64,000 bases of DNA from Vicugna vicugna (GCA_013265495.1 MU058769.1:332477-396476); one strand, 5' to 3'. Counted from the first letter of the stretch, positions 1-13,663 are shown. Program-made: numbers and translations. The notes: a model not told the origin generated them from the letters alone.

Positions 1-962
1 GGGACTCTGAATTTCTAGGTATCTCTGCTGTTCTCTCTCCAGTTTTATCCTGCTCCAGCCCCAGCCTTACACCCTCACCCGTAATTATCAGGGGTAATTT
101 TAGGGCCAGAAAGGGAGCCACCAGTTCTCTCTGCCTCACCCCCATACCCTGCCCTGGCGGCGCTGGGGCTGGGGATAGTCTGCAAGTGTTTCTGTAGTGG
201 GGTGGCTCAGCCTGGAGCATCTTCTTGTCTGATGCCACCTTTATGCCCCAGATTTCTGACCCTGATGCTTGGCGTTAAGAGTAAAGGAAGCCATGCAGAG
301 GGGCTGGATCTATCTCTTTTTATCCATCCTTCATTTAGTTTGATGCAACCCACCTTATACACATCCCACACTCCCCCCACTCATGCACACTCCCAGACCC
401 ATCACACTCACACTCAGCCCCTCCCAGGCACTGACTCACCCATCCCCCCGACATACATAGACAGGCAGATTTCAACACTGACACGCTCTCACAGCAACGC
501 AGAATCAACATCCTCAAATGGGGATGCAGAAACACAACCTGCACTCAGACAGATGCCCCGAGACACACACTAACCCAGACTCACTCCCAGAAGGGCATGG
601 AAATGCACCAGCACACGTGGAGACTCACACATTCACCCTCACTCCACACCTCCCCACCTGTGCGTGCAGACTCCCCTCCAGGCACAGGCGGAAGGGTGCA
701 CTCGCACACAGACACTCCCTCACTCATACCCTGTCCAGGCTTGGGAGCCAATGGGCTATGGTCTCTCCAAGCCCAGAGGCTCAGCCAGCATCCTAGCCCA
801 CTTGGCCTCCTTAGAATTTCCTGAGGAGCTCTACCCTGCCCTCCCCCCAGCCCATCTTCTTGGGCAACAAAGGAAGTACCAGAGATATCATCGGGGGGCC
901 ACACCTTTGACCCTTTCCAAATCCTTCCATCAAGCAGACAACTCTGGGACTGGGGTCTAGAA

Positions 963-1274
963 CAGTGCTGCCCAATAGAAATATAATGCAAGCCACGTAT
1001 ACAATTTTGAAATTTTCTAGTAGTCACATTAAAAAAGGTAAAAATAATGCGGTGAAATTTATTTTAATTTTATTTTACCCAATGTATCCAAAATATTATC
1101 ATTTCAGGATGTTATTCATTTAAAAGTATTAATGAGATCATTTGAGCTCTTTTTTGTGGGTGTGGTATGAAGTCTTCAAAAGCCAATGTGCACTTTATAC
1201 TTACAGTTGGAACTAGTCACATGTCAAGTGTCTGACAGCCGCATGCAGCTGGTGCTGCACATTGGACAGTGCAG
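963..1274 (+). mobile_element. MER33 (hAT-Charlie) non-autonomous DNA transposon
   Basis: Ends CAGTGCTGCCCAATAGAAATATAATGC..ATTGGACAGTGCAG match recalled MER33; flanks gtctagaa/ttctagac fit the Charlie NTCTAGAN target. Confidence 0.85.
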
Positions 1275-1557
1275 TTCTAGACGGCTTGGTCTGGCTCTCA
1301 GCCCCCGGCCCCGTGACCCAGGGAGCTATGGGAAGGAGGGGTCCTTTGTCCCCTGAGTGTAGAACGTGGAGACGTGGGGGCCCACAGGCGTGTGGCATTT
1401 GGGGAGTGGACTCTTTGCTGAAGGCCTAGTTCTCCCTGCCAGCTGCTGGCTCCCACCCAGGTGTGTGGCTGCTGTCGGGAGTGATGCAGAGGAGCTCCAG
1501 CTGGAAGAGTCCAACCACCCGCAGTGCCCCCGAGATCTAAAAAGTGCAGGTGTCTAG

Positions 1558-1833
<276 letters not shown>

Positions 1834-3639
1834 TGAGTTCTCAGCTGGGCACCTGATGAGTTTGGAGGACCGCCATCTGAGGTCTGTCCTTGCACCTTCA
1901 AGGGGGATGCGGCCTTGCCCTGCTCCCCTGCACAGAACTGCCACCAGATAGCAGCCCAAACAGTGGATTGGAGCGTGGTCCGCGGCCCATGGGCCTCAGG
2001 GCGGGCCCTGGCCTGGGCCCGCCTCTGCTGTGTGTGCTTGGACCAGTCATTACCTCTCTCTAGACCCCCATTTCCCACCTGTGAAATGAGAGCTTTGTAC
2101 TAGATCAGTGTTTTTATACTTTTTATTTTTGTAAATAGCGGGGGTCTTGAAGCTGGGGCTGGGAGGGCCTGGAGCTTTGTCCCCCTGCCTCCCCTGCCAG
2201 GGCTCCCGAAGCCACCCCCCAGGACGTGCAGGTCTTTGAGGCTTTCTGAAGCTGCTTGATGGGAAAGCCACTCAGGCTGAGGAGGGCACACTAGGGTGAT
2301 AGATCAGGCTTCCTTCCCGTCTGTAACTCAGATTCCCAGCTCTGCAGTTCTTCCTCTGCAGGCGCTCATGGCCCAGGAAGAGCCTGGATCACATGTGAGC
2401 AATGGAGGAGGATTTCCCTGGGAGGAGGCGGAACCTCAGGCCTGCGAGGCAGGAAATAGTGACTTCTCCCTTCTGCTGCCCCCAAGGTCTCGGCTTGCAG
2501 CAGGAAGCTGGCTTTGCAAGGCTCTGGGCAAGCCCTAGGGGTAGGGGAGTCTTGGGGAGGGAGAGACAGTGTCCTGTGCCTATAATGCATGTCAGAAAAC
2601 ATCTGCCTGTGGGAGGAGACACATCTGGATCCTGTTCGCTGAGGGCAGGGAGTGTGGAGCAAGGGAGTTATGAAAGATTTTTATCCTTTCCTTCGGTTGA
2701 TCTTGCATGTTTTGGTCGGAAGCTCGTGGGATGCGATGCAGAGTGTGGGCCGAGGGGCTGACTTCACCTACCACGCACACTCCATCTTATCGGATGGTGC
2801 GTGCTCAGGTTTGCTCGCTTTTGAATACCTTGTCAACATCAAGAACAACCAAGAATCTCAAAAACTGAGGGTTCGAATTTCCTTCTCTGACATTACAGAA
2901 GTTGGACCTAGTCGCCCTCCCACCCCATATCCAGGAGAACTCTTTTCTAGATTTTCCAGAACAAACACTATTTCCCCACTTTGTGAGGAAGGCTGGACAG
3001 GCAGCACACTTGGGCTCTCGGGCGGAGGCCGGCAGGAGAAGGAATGACCGGGCCTGGCCCCCCACCCCAGCTCCTCCTGGCAGGCTTAGTCCTCTGAACG
3101 TCTTAGCATCTCAGGCAGTGCTTTCCTAGGTGGGGGGGGGGGTGAGGCTGCTGGACAAAGGGGTCTTTGTGGCCAGGCTGCCTGGCCCCACGCAAGGCCA
3201 TTAATTGGGTCGCTGGTCTGGGGGGGCAGCTGCTCTCCCACCTCTTCCCCCTCCTGCCTCATTCCCTTCTGTCTCCCCTGTGGAAGTGGGTCAGTGGCAG
3301 GAGGAAGAGTAGAGAAGTGTCCCGAGGGAACCAGTTTTGCTGCTCCTCCCATCCTCTACCTGGGCCTTGGGCCTTCTCTCGGAGGCCTCTTGGGCTCAAG
3401 GGATGGGTTGCAGGGGTGCTTCCAGACCAGGGCTGGGGTCCTGCAGGGAAAGACTCGATTCCATGCCCATTCTTCACCCTCAGCCCCGAAGCCAACATTG
3501 TAGTCCCGGGCAGTGCAGGCAAGAGGCATGTGAAGGGGATAAGGCTCACTGTCCCTGCTCCCTGTGGACCGCAGCAAAGAACCAGAAGCCCTCTCCATGG
3601 GAACAGAAGGAGTCCAGAGCAGCCGGAGCAGGGAGATGT

Positions 3640-3722
3640 GGGTTCTAAACCATAACTGGCTATGTGACCTTGGACCTGTCTCATACCCTCCCTTGGTCTC
3701 AATTTCTTCACTTGCAAAATAT
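3640..3722 (+). mobile_element. MIR fragment
   Basis: tatgtgaccttggac..tcaatttcttcacttgcaaaat MIR core. Confidence 0.65.
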
Positions 3723-3870
3723 AGTCGATGCTTCCTGAGCCCCTTCAGCTCCGGCGCTGCAGGCCTGGGAAGTGGTTTCCGAAGGGTTGGCGGGAGTTGG
3801 GGGAAGGTTGCAGTCTGGGTGCTGCTGCCAGGTCTGGGAGCCTGAGTGTGTGTCACCTGACCCCACACAG

Positions 3871-3990
3871 AGCAACGAGGACAGTGTTCTCATCTGGGTT
3901 GCCAGCACCACTGCGTCCCCACCCTCAACGGGCCCACCTGCTACTGTAACAACAGCTTTCAACTGCAGGCAGACGGCAAGACCTGCAAAG
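3871..3990 (+). CDS. LRP1: LRP1 exon 4 (EGF)
   Basis: [40 protein letters not shown]; 120 nt; ag/gt. Confidence 0.97.
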
Positions 3991-4189
3991 GTACGTGTGC
4001 ACACGTGTGCAGGCCGGGGGTGGGGGCGGTGGGCCTGGATGGGGAGGAGCAAGCCAGGAAAAGTGCAAGCAGGGGGCGGGGCTACGTGCGTGATCGCCTC
4101 AGGGCATGCTGTGGGCCCTTCCCCCAGACTCTTTAAAATTCATCTGAAAATATGCGTTATATGTGCGTTTTCTTGTAAAAAAATAAATA

Positions 4190-4570
4190 AGTAAATCCTT
4201 ATCGATAAAACCAAAGTCCCCTTTGACAAACCCTCTTCGGTTCCAGTCCTTTTCCCATCTCTCTGGAGGGCCGATACTTTCGTTACCAGTTTGCTGTCTG
4301 CCCAGGCCTTCAACTGTCCACTTGTACAGTTGAATGCACTGTTTACATGTATGTGCCCTTTTTTACATAAATATCATGCTGTACATATCTTTTTTCAGTT
4401 TTTTCACCCAGTGTGTTCTAGAGATTTTTCCCTATTAATACGTAGAGATCTACCTCATTCTTTCAAAAACCACTGTCATGTGTGGCGGTCGCCACAGTTC
4501 ACTTGGCCGTCTCCCTGTCGATGAGTAAGATGTTCCCAGTTTCTCTCTGTTACAAACAATACAAACTTTT
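4190..4570 (-). mobile_element. Old L1 (L1ME-like) 3' fragment
   Basis: AT-rich; agagatctacctcattcttt..tgttcccagtttctctctgttacaaacaat typical antisense L1M 3' end. Confidence 0.6.
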
Positions 4571-4589
4571 CTGTTTAAAATTTACCTCC

Positions 4590-4900
4590 CTTGGGTCTTT
4601 GCACAAGTGCCACCTTCTCAGTGAGGCCATCCGTACCCCTCTAAAGTCGCACCACCACCGCCTGCATTCGCTGTCCCCTTTCTCTGCTTAATTTTTTTCC
4701 ATAGCACTAGTCACTTTTCATTGCATAGCTTCTAAAATGTAATTTACCTATTGTAATAACAATATTTCATTTATTATCAGAATTTGTTTCTTGAGAGCAG
4801 CAGTTTGAATCTATTTTATTTACTGATGTATTCCCAGAGCCTAAGACAATACCTGGCACATAGTAGGTACTCAAGAAGACTTTTCTGAATGAATGGATGA
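4590..4900 (+). mobile_element. L2 3' fragment
   Basis: cccagagcctaagacaatacctggcacatagtaggtactcaa..gaatgaatgga L2 tail. Confidence 0.8.
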
Positions 4901-5074
4901 TACACACATATGTGGATACTTGGCTTGGGTAGATTCCAAGTCTGGATAAAGTTTGCACATTTCTTGTTGTAATAGGTTCTGCTAAATTGTCCTCCGAAGC
5001 AGCTGTGGGGATGGACACACCCCTGGTGGTGTCTGAGGGCACTCCCTTCCCTGCCCTTGGCACCCTGGAAATGA

Positions 5075-5251
<177 letters not shown>

Positions 5252-5326
5252 TGATGCCAGGCACCTTCAATGTTGTTCCCTGATGGGGAGTGGCCAGAGA
5301 GGTCCCAGGGCCACTTGCTGCATTGA

Positions 5327-5743
<417 letters not shown>

Positions 5744-8479
5744 TGACTGAGGCCCGGGCAGGGGCTGCACGTGATGACACTTGTTTGGGGTCAGGGCAGA
5801 GTCAAGGCTGTGCTTCCTTCCTCCCTTGGAGCTGAGTCTGTGATGGTGCCTGCGTTTGTGGCCCAGGGCTGAGGAAGGCCTCCCGGGAGAAGTGCCCAAA
5901 TGGGCAATGACTGGTCAATCTCCAGAGGCCAGGGACTGTCCCTTTTCAGAGAGAAGAGGGTTGATTCGTTGCAGAGGGGCTTTCCCAAGCAGCGACAGCC
6001 AGGGCAAGGGAAAGAAGGGGCCAGGCGCGGGAGGAGCCTGGCTAAGCTGTGGCTGAGGGCAGAGGAGCTGGGCCGGGCCGGGTCCACCTTCACCTCCATT
6101 GCTTCCCCTGGGGGCATCGCCAGAGTGAACTCCGTGCTGCACCACAGCTGTGGGGGCCCTGAGGCTGTTTCTGGGGGCCTTTGTGGCAGGAATGAGCCCA
6201 GAGGAGGAGCCATGAGCACTGGGGCCGTGTGAGCGGGTCTAAGATGTCTCAGATGTTCCCCTGGGGGCTCTGTCCGGTGGATGTGCTTTGCTGTCTCAGA
6301 GGTGGAAGAGGGGGTGTTGCTGGGGGTGGGGCCAGGGCACAGATCTGTGGCCCAGGGCAGTGCTGCTCATCTCCGATGCTGCTACATAAACAAACAAAAC
6401 ATCTGGCACCATCACATTTCCAGGAAATGCACCACAGGGCTGAGGGGGAAAATCTGGCCTGTGGTTGATCTGACCCCCAGGGCAGCGGGTAACGTGACCT
6501 TTAGTTAACCAGAACTCCCTGTCCCTGCCTTGGTTTCCTGATCTGCACAATGGGTTTAAGCTTGCCTGCTGAGATCACATAAATTTAAGTGAAAGCCAGA
6601 GGTAACTAGAGGATGATGCACACGAGGTTTAAGACGGGGAACTTGGGGCCTGTCTAGAAGATCTTTAAGTTCCTTCACTGGGTTCTCATATGATGATCCC
6701 CACAGAAGACAAAAACCCCAGGAGGACACAAGGCTTAGTCCTTGGGGGAGCAGGGAGGGGTTCCTCTGAGAGCCCTGACCCTCTACAGCCTCGTCATGTG
6801 GTCCACACTTGGGCTGCAGCCCCTCCAGAGCATCCCAGTGGGGCCCTGGGCTGTTGGTGACCAAGGCTCAGCTGTGATAGACGTGTCCTCCTTGGAGTGC
6901 TGGACTGGGGGCTGCCATACCTGTGTGGCTGAGCTCTTGAGGGGGCAGGCAGCTCAGGGAACGCCATGGCAGGTAAGGTGGGACTAGGGTGAGACCCCGT
7001 GAGACAGCTGCCCGCTCCCTGCCGCTTGTTGACGGCCCCACCCAGCAGGCCTGTCTGGGCAAAACAGCTCCAGCCGTTCCCACCCTGGCCCTGCCTCAGG
7101 GCCAGAGGGTGTGCTGATGGGCGTGTGGGTAGGCAGCCGGTGGGGGTGCCTGATGGGGACCTTCTCAGCTTTTGCTCTGGCCTGGCCCCTCTCCTGCCTG
7201 CCTCCCCAGGCGAAGGAGGAAATAACCACAGGCGAGTACCCCTCCCTTGGCAAACAGAACCTTGCCTTCCAGTCTGCAAGATTCGTTGGGCCCCTGTGGG
7301 GCAGAGTCCAGGAGGCCAGAAGAAACCAGACAGAAGGTTCTGGGGATAAATGCTAGAGGGGCGAATGAATGGGTTCCTCTTGCCCCAGCCTCTGTCCCTT
7401 CCTCCTGCCCTACCCCCACCCCACGCCCCATGCCGCCTGAATGTCTGGCTGTCACCCTGAGGATGGTTGTTTTGCTCTCATCCCACAAACTAATTATGGG
7501 CCCTGAGCTGAGGATGTCGGAAGTGTCTCTCCCCACCCTCCCCCATCCCTAGTTCATCCCCCTTCCCAGGAGAGGCTGAATGGCCTGCCCTGGTGTGCAG
7601 GATGGCTGGTCCCGGGCACTCACCTGTGCAGTGGGCTGCTGGCCTGTAATTAGCTCCCCCAGGGGCCTGAAGAAGAAAGGCTGCTGCCTTTTCCTGCTTT
7701 CTCTCTGCCCTCTGGGGGAGCCCTCCCTGCAATCATGCCGTTCTTGGCTGACTGTGACCTTCTTGGGACCCCTGGGCTGAGCCCTGTGCAGGAGGGAGGA
7801 GTCTGACAATGGAGAGGTGCTGGAGCCCAGAGCCCAGAGTCTGAGAGAAGCCCGCCTGCTGGTGTGGGAAGAAGGGGAGGCCTGCCCTGGGGAAAGCTCT
7901 GGAAACAGAAATAGAATAGAAAGGAGGAAGGAGGCCAGGAAGTGAGCCTGGTCCACATGGGCCCTGTGGCACGTGTGAGCCAGGCCTGCTCTAAGTCCGG
8001 AGCCCTTGGACGGTCCCTTCCAGGCCCCGTGCTGGTGGTCAGCGCAGCTTCAGTGAAAGGCTCTGTGGAACAGGCTGAGGGTCGAAGTCCTGCTTCTTCC
8101 TGGCTTAAGCCCAGCTCCTTCTCTCTTCCCACTCAGGAGTGGGGAGAGACCCACTGACCACATCCCCACTCGTTCTGACAGGTGTGCGTGTGTGCGCGCG
8201 CGTTTTCCTCCCTTAACGGGGGCCGGGCTGGCAGCCCTTTCTCCCCTGGCCCGTGTCTTTCATTGGCCTGGGTTAGGGGGTGGGGGTCCAGGGGGCTCGG
8301 TCCTCATCTCTGCCCCTCCCTCCTGGCGTGTAATCCCAGGGCCCAGCCTTCGCCCTGCCGCTGCCCCAGCAGGACGGGGAAGTCTCTGAGGACTCCGATC
8401 CCATGACTGCAGAGTGTGGTAGGGGGAGACGGGTACCCTCAGGGAGGACCGAGGCCCACCCCTGAGGGTTTACTAATGC

Positions 8480-8745
8480 CTTCCCCAAAGTGGGAGACCT
8501 TGATTTTAGGTCGTATATGGACGTGCAGTTTTAAAATTATTATAGTTATGTTTTTATTTAATACCCACTAAGAAACACCTACAACTAACATATCAAATCT
8601 GTAATTTCATAGATTGTTTAGGATGCAGCAAAGTAAGAAAAGTGAGTTGCTTTAAAGAGATAGTAAGTAAATGGTAGAGCAAGCTGTGCATAAACTTGGG
8701 AAGCATTTTGAAAGTGACAGACAAAAGACTGAAGTTCTAGAAACT
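8480..8745. mobile_element. Ancient hAT-Charlie-type DNA transposon fragment (MER112-like)
   Basis: AT-rich island ending gactgaagttctagaaac, resembling the Charlie terminus gactgaagtttgggaaacactg. Confidence 0.45.
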
Positions 8746-9270
8746 TCCAGAGGCATCTACAGACCTAGCTTGCCCACCTGCCCCCTCACCTCTGACCACC
8801 CTCTCAAGGAACCACAGGCCCTGTCCAGCCCCCTGCAGGGCCGCCCCTAGGCAGGGCTGGAGGTCAAGTGTACTGACTCCACCCACCCGACCCCAGCCCC
8901 GCGTTGCCTAGGCTTCGCTCTGCCCTGCCCTCGAGCTTTGCTTTGCGGATGTTTCCACTGTAGAAAGAACGAGAAGGGACTGCAGGAATGGAGCCCTGGG
9001 AAGGTGTGTGTGTGGTGAGGGGAGGTTCTGAGGTTGCAGATAGAGGCCTTGAAGGAAAGAAGTTTTGCTGAAGTCACTTGGTTTGGGGCTGTATGTGAGG
9101 ATGCTCTGGAGCGCCCCTCAGGGGTCCTAGGGTTTCTCGCCTGCACCGAGCTGCGTGGGGAAGAGGAGGTAGGCAAGGAGGCCCAGAAAAGGCCTCCTAG
9201 GCTGCAGGCAGCAAGGTTGCGAAATGGGTCCCCAAGTCCAGCTGGCCAACTTCACTTTTCCCTCCCTCCC

Positions 9271-9272
9271 TC

Positions 9273-9308
<36 letters not shown>

Positions 9309-9310
9309 TG
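9271..9310. repeat. poly-T plus (TG)12 microsatellite
   Basis: seen directly. Confidence 0.95.
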
Positions 9311-10334
9311 TTTAAAATCGCAACAGGAAATAAGGCAGTGATTTGTCTAGAGAAGGGGCAGAAAGAGGATAACTCCTCAGAGTCTAATGGAGTAGCTTGC
9401 CCACTGGAAGGGGAGCTGTCTTCCCCCTGAGCTGGGCACCCCAGGCCCTCTCAGCCCCTACCCCACACTTCAGTGCCACATATGAAAACCAGCCACCCAC
9501 TTCTTCGGCCTTTCTCACCTACTGGGTGTCAGAACGTTGTGGGGCTCTGGCCGGCCTACTCTTTGGCACCCCTACCCCGCCGCATCCTGGTGTTTTGGCT
9601 TCCCATTCCCATTTCCTAATCATTTAACGGCCCTTCTCTCCTGTTCCTGGCTGGGCCAGCCCTGTGTCTCCCGGCACAGCTCCAGCCCTGTCCTCTCCTC
9701 CCCCGCTGTCTCCTTGAAGTTGCCTCTCCACCCAGCCTGCTCCCAACAACCCCCTCCCTGTTTTCAAGCCAAAGGAAGTAACTTAAGCAAGAGAGATGTG
9801 TTTTAGAGCCTAGCACGGATTTCTCAATAGTGGGAAGACCCTAGTTCTGATTCTGAATCAGAGCTGCAGAACCCAAGTGTCTCATCCCCTGGACCCAGGA
9901 CCGATAGCCTGTGTGGACCTGGGCCAGGCAGGGGAGGGGAGTGCGGCTGAAATTACAGGCAGGGCCGGAAGGGGGCCCAGAGGACAGAGCTGACGCCGTG
10001 CGGCAGAGCCCCTGGACTTGCTGGTGGATCAAGAAGAGCTGAAGTCAGGACCCAGCAGGAAATAGGAACACGAGGACATGCCATTGAGCTAAGCTTCTGC
10101 TGGGCCTGGCGATCACCTCCCTACCTGCGAAGGCCCCACACTCCTGATCATCTGCCCCAGCCCTCGGGTGCGACTCCAGTGTGGCTCTGACAAGCAGAAG
10201 GGTGCCTGACAAATGTCTTGTCCCACTACTGTGGGCATCCCAAGGCCAGAGAAGGAGGATCCTGGCAGTAGAAGGGAAGGGAAAAAGTGATGTCCCAGCT
10301 CTAGGACAACAAAGTGAGCACTCAGTGCTCAACA

Positions 10335-10520
10335 AATATTTGTTGAATGAATCAGTACATGTGTCAGCCATTGGGGACAAAATGAAAGACAGTGCCCTGC
10401 CCTCACAGGATTTGTAGTCAGGTAAACAGGCTGTGATAAAAGGAAATACTGGGGCTTACACAGAAATCTTCCATCTGGGGACCTGAACTGAGTCTTGAAG
10501 AATAGTAGGTGTCAGCCCCA
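10335..10520 (-). mobile_element. L2 fragment
   Basis: caaatatttgttgaatgaat..gacagtgccctgccctcacagg..gacctgaactgagtcttgaag. Confidence 0.6.
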
Positions 10521-10639
10521 AACTGCCCACATTCAGGGCCCACCTTTAGTCAGGAGGCCACAGGGCTCTGGAGGCACAGATGGAAAGGTAGGGAAGAATG
10601 GGGTTGAGGTGAGGGAGGAGCAGACGATGGTATGAACAG

Positions 10640-10805
10640 CAGTGCCCATTTGTGGAGTGTTTATTGTGTGCCAAGCTCCGTGCTAAATGCTGTTAATGTA
10701 CCATCCCATTTTACAGATAAGCAAACTGAGACTCAGAGACATCAAGTAACTGCCCATAGTTCCACAGTTGAAAGGCGACAGAATCTGGATTCAAACCTAG
10801 GCTGT
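10640..10805 (-). mobile_element. MIR
   Basis: cccattttacagataagcaaactgagactcagagac..tggattcaaacctagg. Confidence 0.8.
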
Positions 10806-13651
10806 CAGTGTCTGGAGCCTGGCTGGGCCCGGGGCAGAGCAGAGTGATGGAGAGGCAGGGCAGTTCCTGGAATAAGGGCCAGAACACCACGTGTTCGCTG
10901 GGGCTGTGGTTAAGGTGGAAATGAGATTTTCCTTCCTCATCCAGGGACCTTGTACCCTATTCTGCAATCTTTGGGTGTGTGGATGTGTTTGGGGATATTC
11001 CTTCAAGGTGTAGAGGCTCTCTTCCTTCCCCAGATTTATTTTAGGGAGAGTGATTGGAATCCTGCTGCTAAAGCTAGGGTCTTCGGGGAGTGGGGTGGGA
11101 GCTGTTGTCGTTTTTTTTGTTTTTTTTTTTTGTTTTGTTTTGGAAAGCAGCCACTAGGGAAACGCCTCCTGAACAGTGTGAAGGATGAAGTTGAGAAAAG
11201 CTGGAGTTGTGGGGAGCACGGAGAGCTGAGCATCGGGGTGGGGGGTGGAGGGGGCTCAGCAGTTATGAACACACACCCCAGGTCTATTCTGGGGCCTGGA
11301 ACTGAAAGTCTTTTGCGACATCACAGACAGGCTGTGGTCTATCCTCTGTCTCATTGCCCTCCCAGCTTCCTAGCCTCCTTCTCTGCACTGGGATCCTTGA
11401 CCCCTCAGTCCCCAGACCAGCCCCAAACTCCTCCCACCCCACGGCACCCCTCCCCTTGAGTTTACCTGAGATTCTCCCATCTTCAGGATTTGGGGCCTTT
11501 GGCGAGAGCCCCTCTGGAGGGTGCTGTGAGATGGGTCAGTCCTGGGAAGGCTGTGCTGCGAGGGGACAGCTACCCTTTAGGTGTGTGGGGCCAGAATGCT
11601 CGGATCTTCCAGGCCAAAGCCCCAGACTCCACTTGCCCCCCAACCAATGCCTCAGGATAGAGGCAGTGGCCCAGACACTCCCTGTGGGGACCCCAGCAGG
11701 GGAAGTTGCCCTCTTCCAATTTCAGCCCATGTCACTGTGCTTGGAGTGGGAAGAGTAGCCAAGTGCATGTGTGCGTGTGAGTGTGTGTGGTGGGGCGGGC
11801 AGAGGAATCTGGACTTCAGGAGAGAGGAAAATAATGTGGCGGAGGGGGGTTGGATAACAAAGGATTTTAACTTGCAACTAATAGTCTCCAGCTGCAAAAA
11901 TACCAAAGGGGAGGCCAGGCCGGGCTGGGGACTCCAGTTCTTGCCAATTCCTCACCGGCCTGCTGAGTGGGCCCTGCCTGGCCTTTGGGAGGTGGAAGGG
12001 GAGACCAGCCAAGGGTAAATATCCGAGAGCAGGGACGCTCCCTCCGCCTTCCTTCCCGGAATTGGCAGGGAACCCGGGCCAGGAGGGAGGCTGCAAGGTC
12101 CTGAGGCTGTGGGGAAGGATGTGGTGCTGCACCTGGGATGGGAGTATTGGATCTCTCCAGATTTCTTCCTCCTCCCGTGTTGCTGCAGGAAGGGTGGATG
12201 GGGTTGCAGAGTGTTGCCAGTCTTGGAGCTGGGCAGTGACTCAGGGAAGCTTCAGGAAGTTGGAGAGAAGGACACAGCTGCAGCAGCTGGTGCTGAGGAA
12301 ACGGCTTCGAATGATGAAGTTGCTCTGCATGCCAGTAGCCCCCAGACCCCCACTGTGCCCACCAAGTAAAGGGCGCCCAGCCCTGTTTGCCTCTCAGCCA
12401 TCCTGCTGGCTGCCTGGGGCTGCAACAGGCTCCCCCCTACCCCGGCCCCTGGGGACTTTGGCTTCCTCTGGATGCGGCCCAGCAGCATTCATTTTCATCT
12501 GTTTTCTCTGAGGGAACAGTATGGGGTCATTTGCTCCTCTGACCCCTGCGCTGGGCCCTCTTCCCGCCCGGCCTGGGACCCGCGCTCCCAGGCTGCTCTG
12601 CCCCTCTCTCTGACCCTGTCAGGGCAGGACAGCCCCAGGGCCCCGGGGAGAGAGTGGCTGGGCTTGGGAGTGTATCATCTTGGGGTGGGGCTCAACAGGG
12701 GGGACCTGAAGAGGAAACTAGTTTGATGAGAACCTCAAATTGGCTGTTTCCCTTCCTCCCTCAGCCTAAGTCCTGTGACTGTGAGTCAGTGCTGGGGCCT
12801 GGCCGAGTTACCAGGGAGCCACGTTCCTGTTCCCTTTGCCCCCCTCCCTCCACTGACCCACTGTTAGGAAACAGGCCCTGTATCCCTGTGGGGAGGAGGG
12901 AGGAGTAGGGAGGGTTGGACGGAACACCTAGTCATTATACCTGTGGCTGTGTGGGGATAGAATAATCCTTACTGGGCTGAGTGTGGCTGGCGGGGGTTTC
13001 AGTTAAAAAAAAAAGTTCCAGCCAAAGGCAGGTCCTCCAAAGATTCTTTTCCTTGGGGAAATTGGAGGTGGAGTGCAGGGCAGGGGTCTCAGGGAGTCAC
13101 TGTCTTGGAAATTTCCCAGCTTGCAAGAGGTATTACCCCTGATGGCGGTAGTTGGAGGGGCAGTGGGTGGATGTGAGCCAGTGGGTCCTGGATAGAAGTA
13201 GCCCCCTCTCCACCGAGGAGGCCAGCAGGGGTCCCACCCCCAGACTTCCTGCTGCCTTTGCCCCACCTCTACTCTCTGAGGCCCTTTTGGCCTCTTCCTT
13301 CTCTTCCAGAGATGGCGTAGGCTGAGTGTGGGCACCTGGTCTCCATCCCCCTCCCCAGCTCCCACCCTTCTGTAGCTCCCCCTCTTTCTGAGCCACATCT
13401 CAGTTACTGCCAGCATCCTTTGATGGCCCTCCTCCCATGTGCTCTCTCCTCCAGCCCTGAATCTTATTCCCCACTCCTTCCCACCCTCACTAGGACATGA
13501 GGAAATTGAGCAATAGAGACATTGAAGAAATAAGGGAATGGGAGTAAGTACAGAAAGTTTGGCCCATGTCAGTAGTTCCAACCTTTTGCTGCCACGAACC
13601 TTCCTTTTTCCACCTCTGGCGGCCCTGTATTTGGACACTCTCTTCTCTCAG

Positions 13652-13663
13652 ATTGGATTTACT
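13652..13663 (+). CDS. Candidate 12-nt in-frame microexon in intron 6
   Basis: ctctcttctctcag|ATTGGATTTACT|gtgagc; inserts WIYY-containing peptide without a stop; no transcript evidence available. Confidence 0.4.

Noticed and set aside
340-730. CA-rich tract in intron 2 producing His/Thr-rich ORFs (similar tracts in introns 44, 62 and 75)
   Set aside because: Low-complexity sequence; the ORFs are compositional artefacts
4180-4195. AATAAA in intron 4
   Set aside because: Sits in an A-rich edge of an old L1-derived region; no sign of a terminal exon
13003-13638. 211-aa minus-strand ORF in intron 6
   Set aside because: Low-complexity purine/pyrimidine tracts, ends in a poly-A-derived Phe run; no homology recognised
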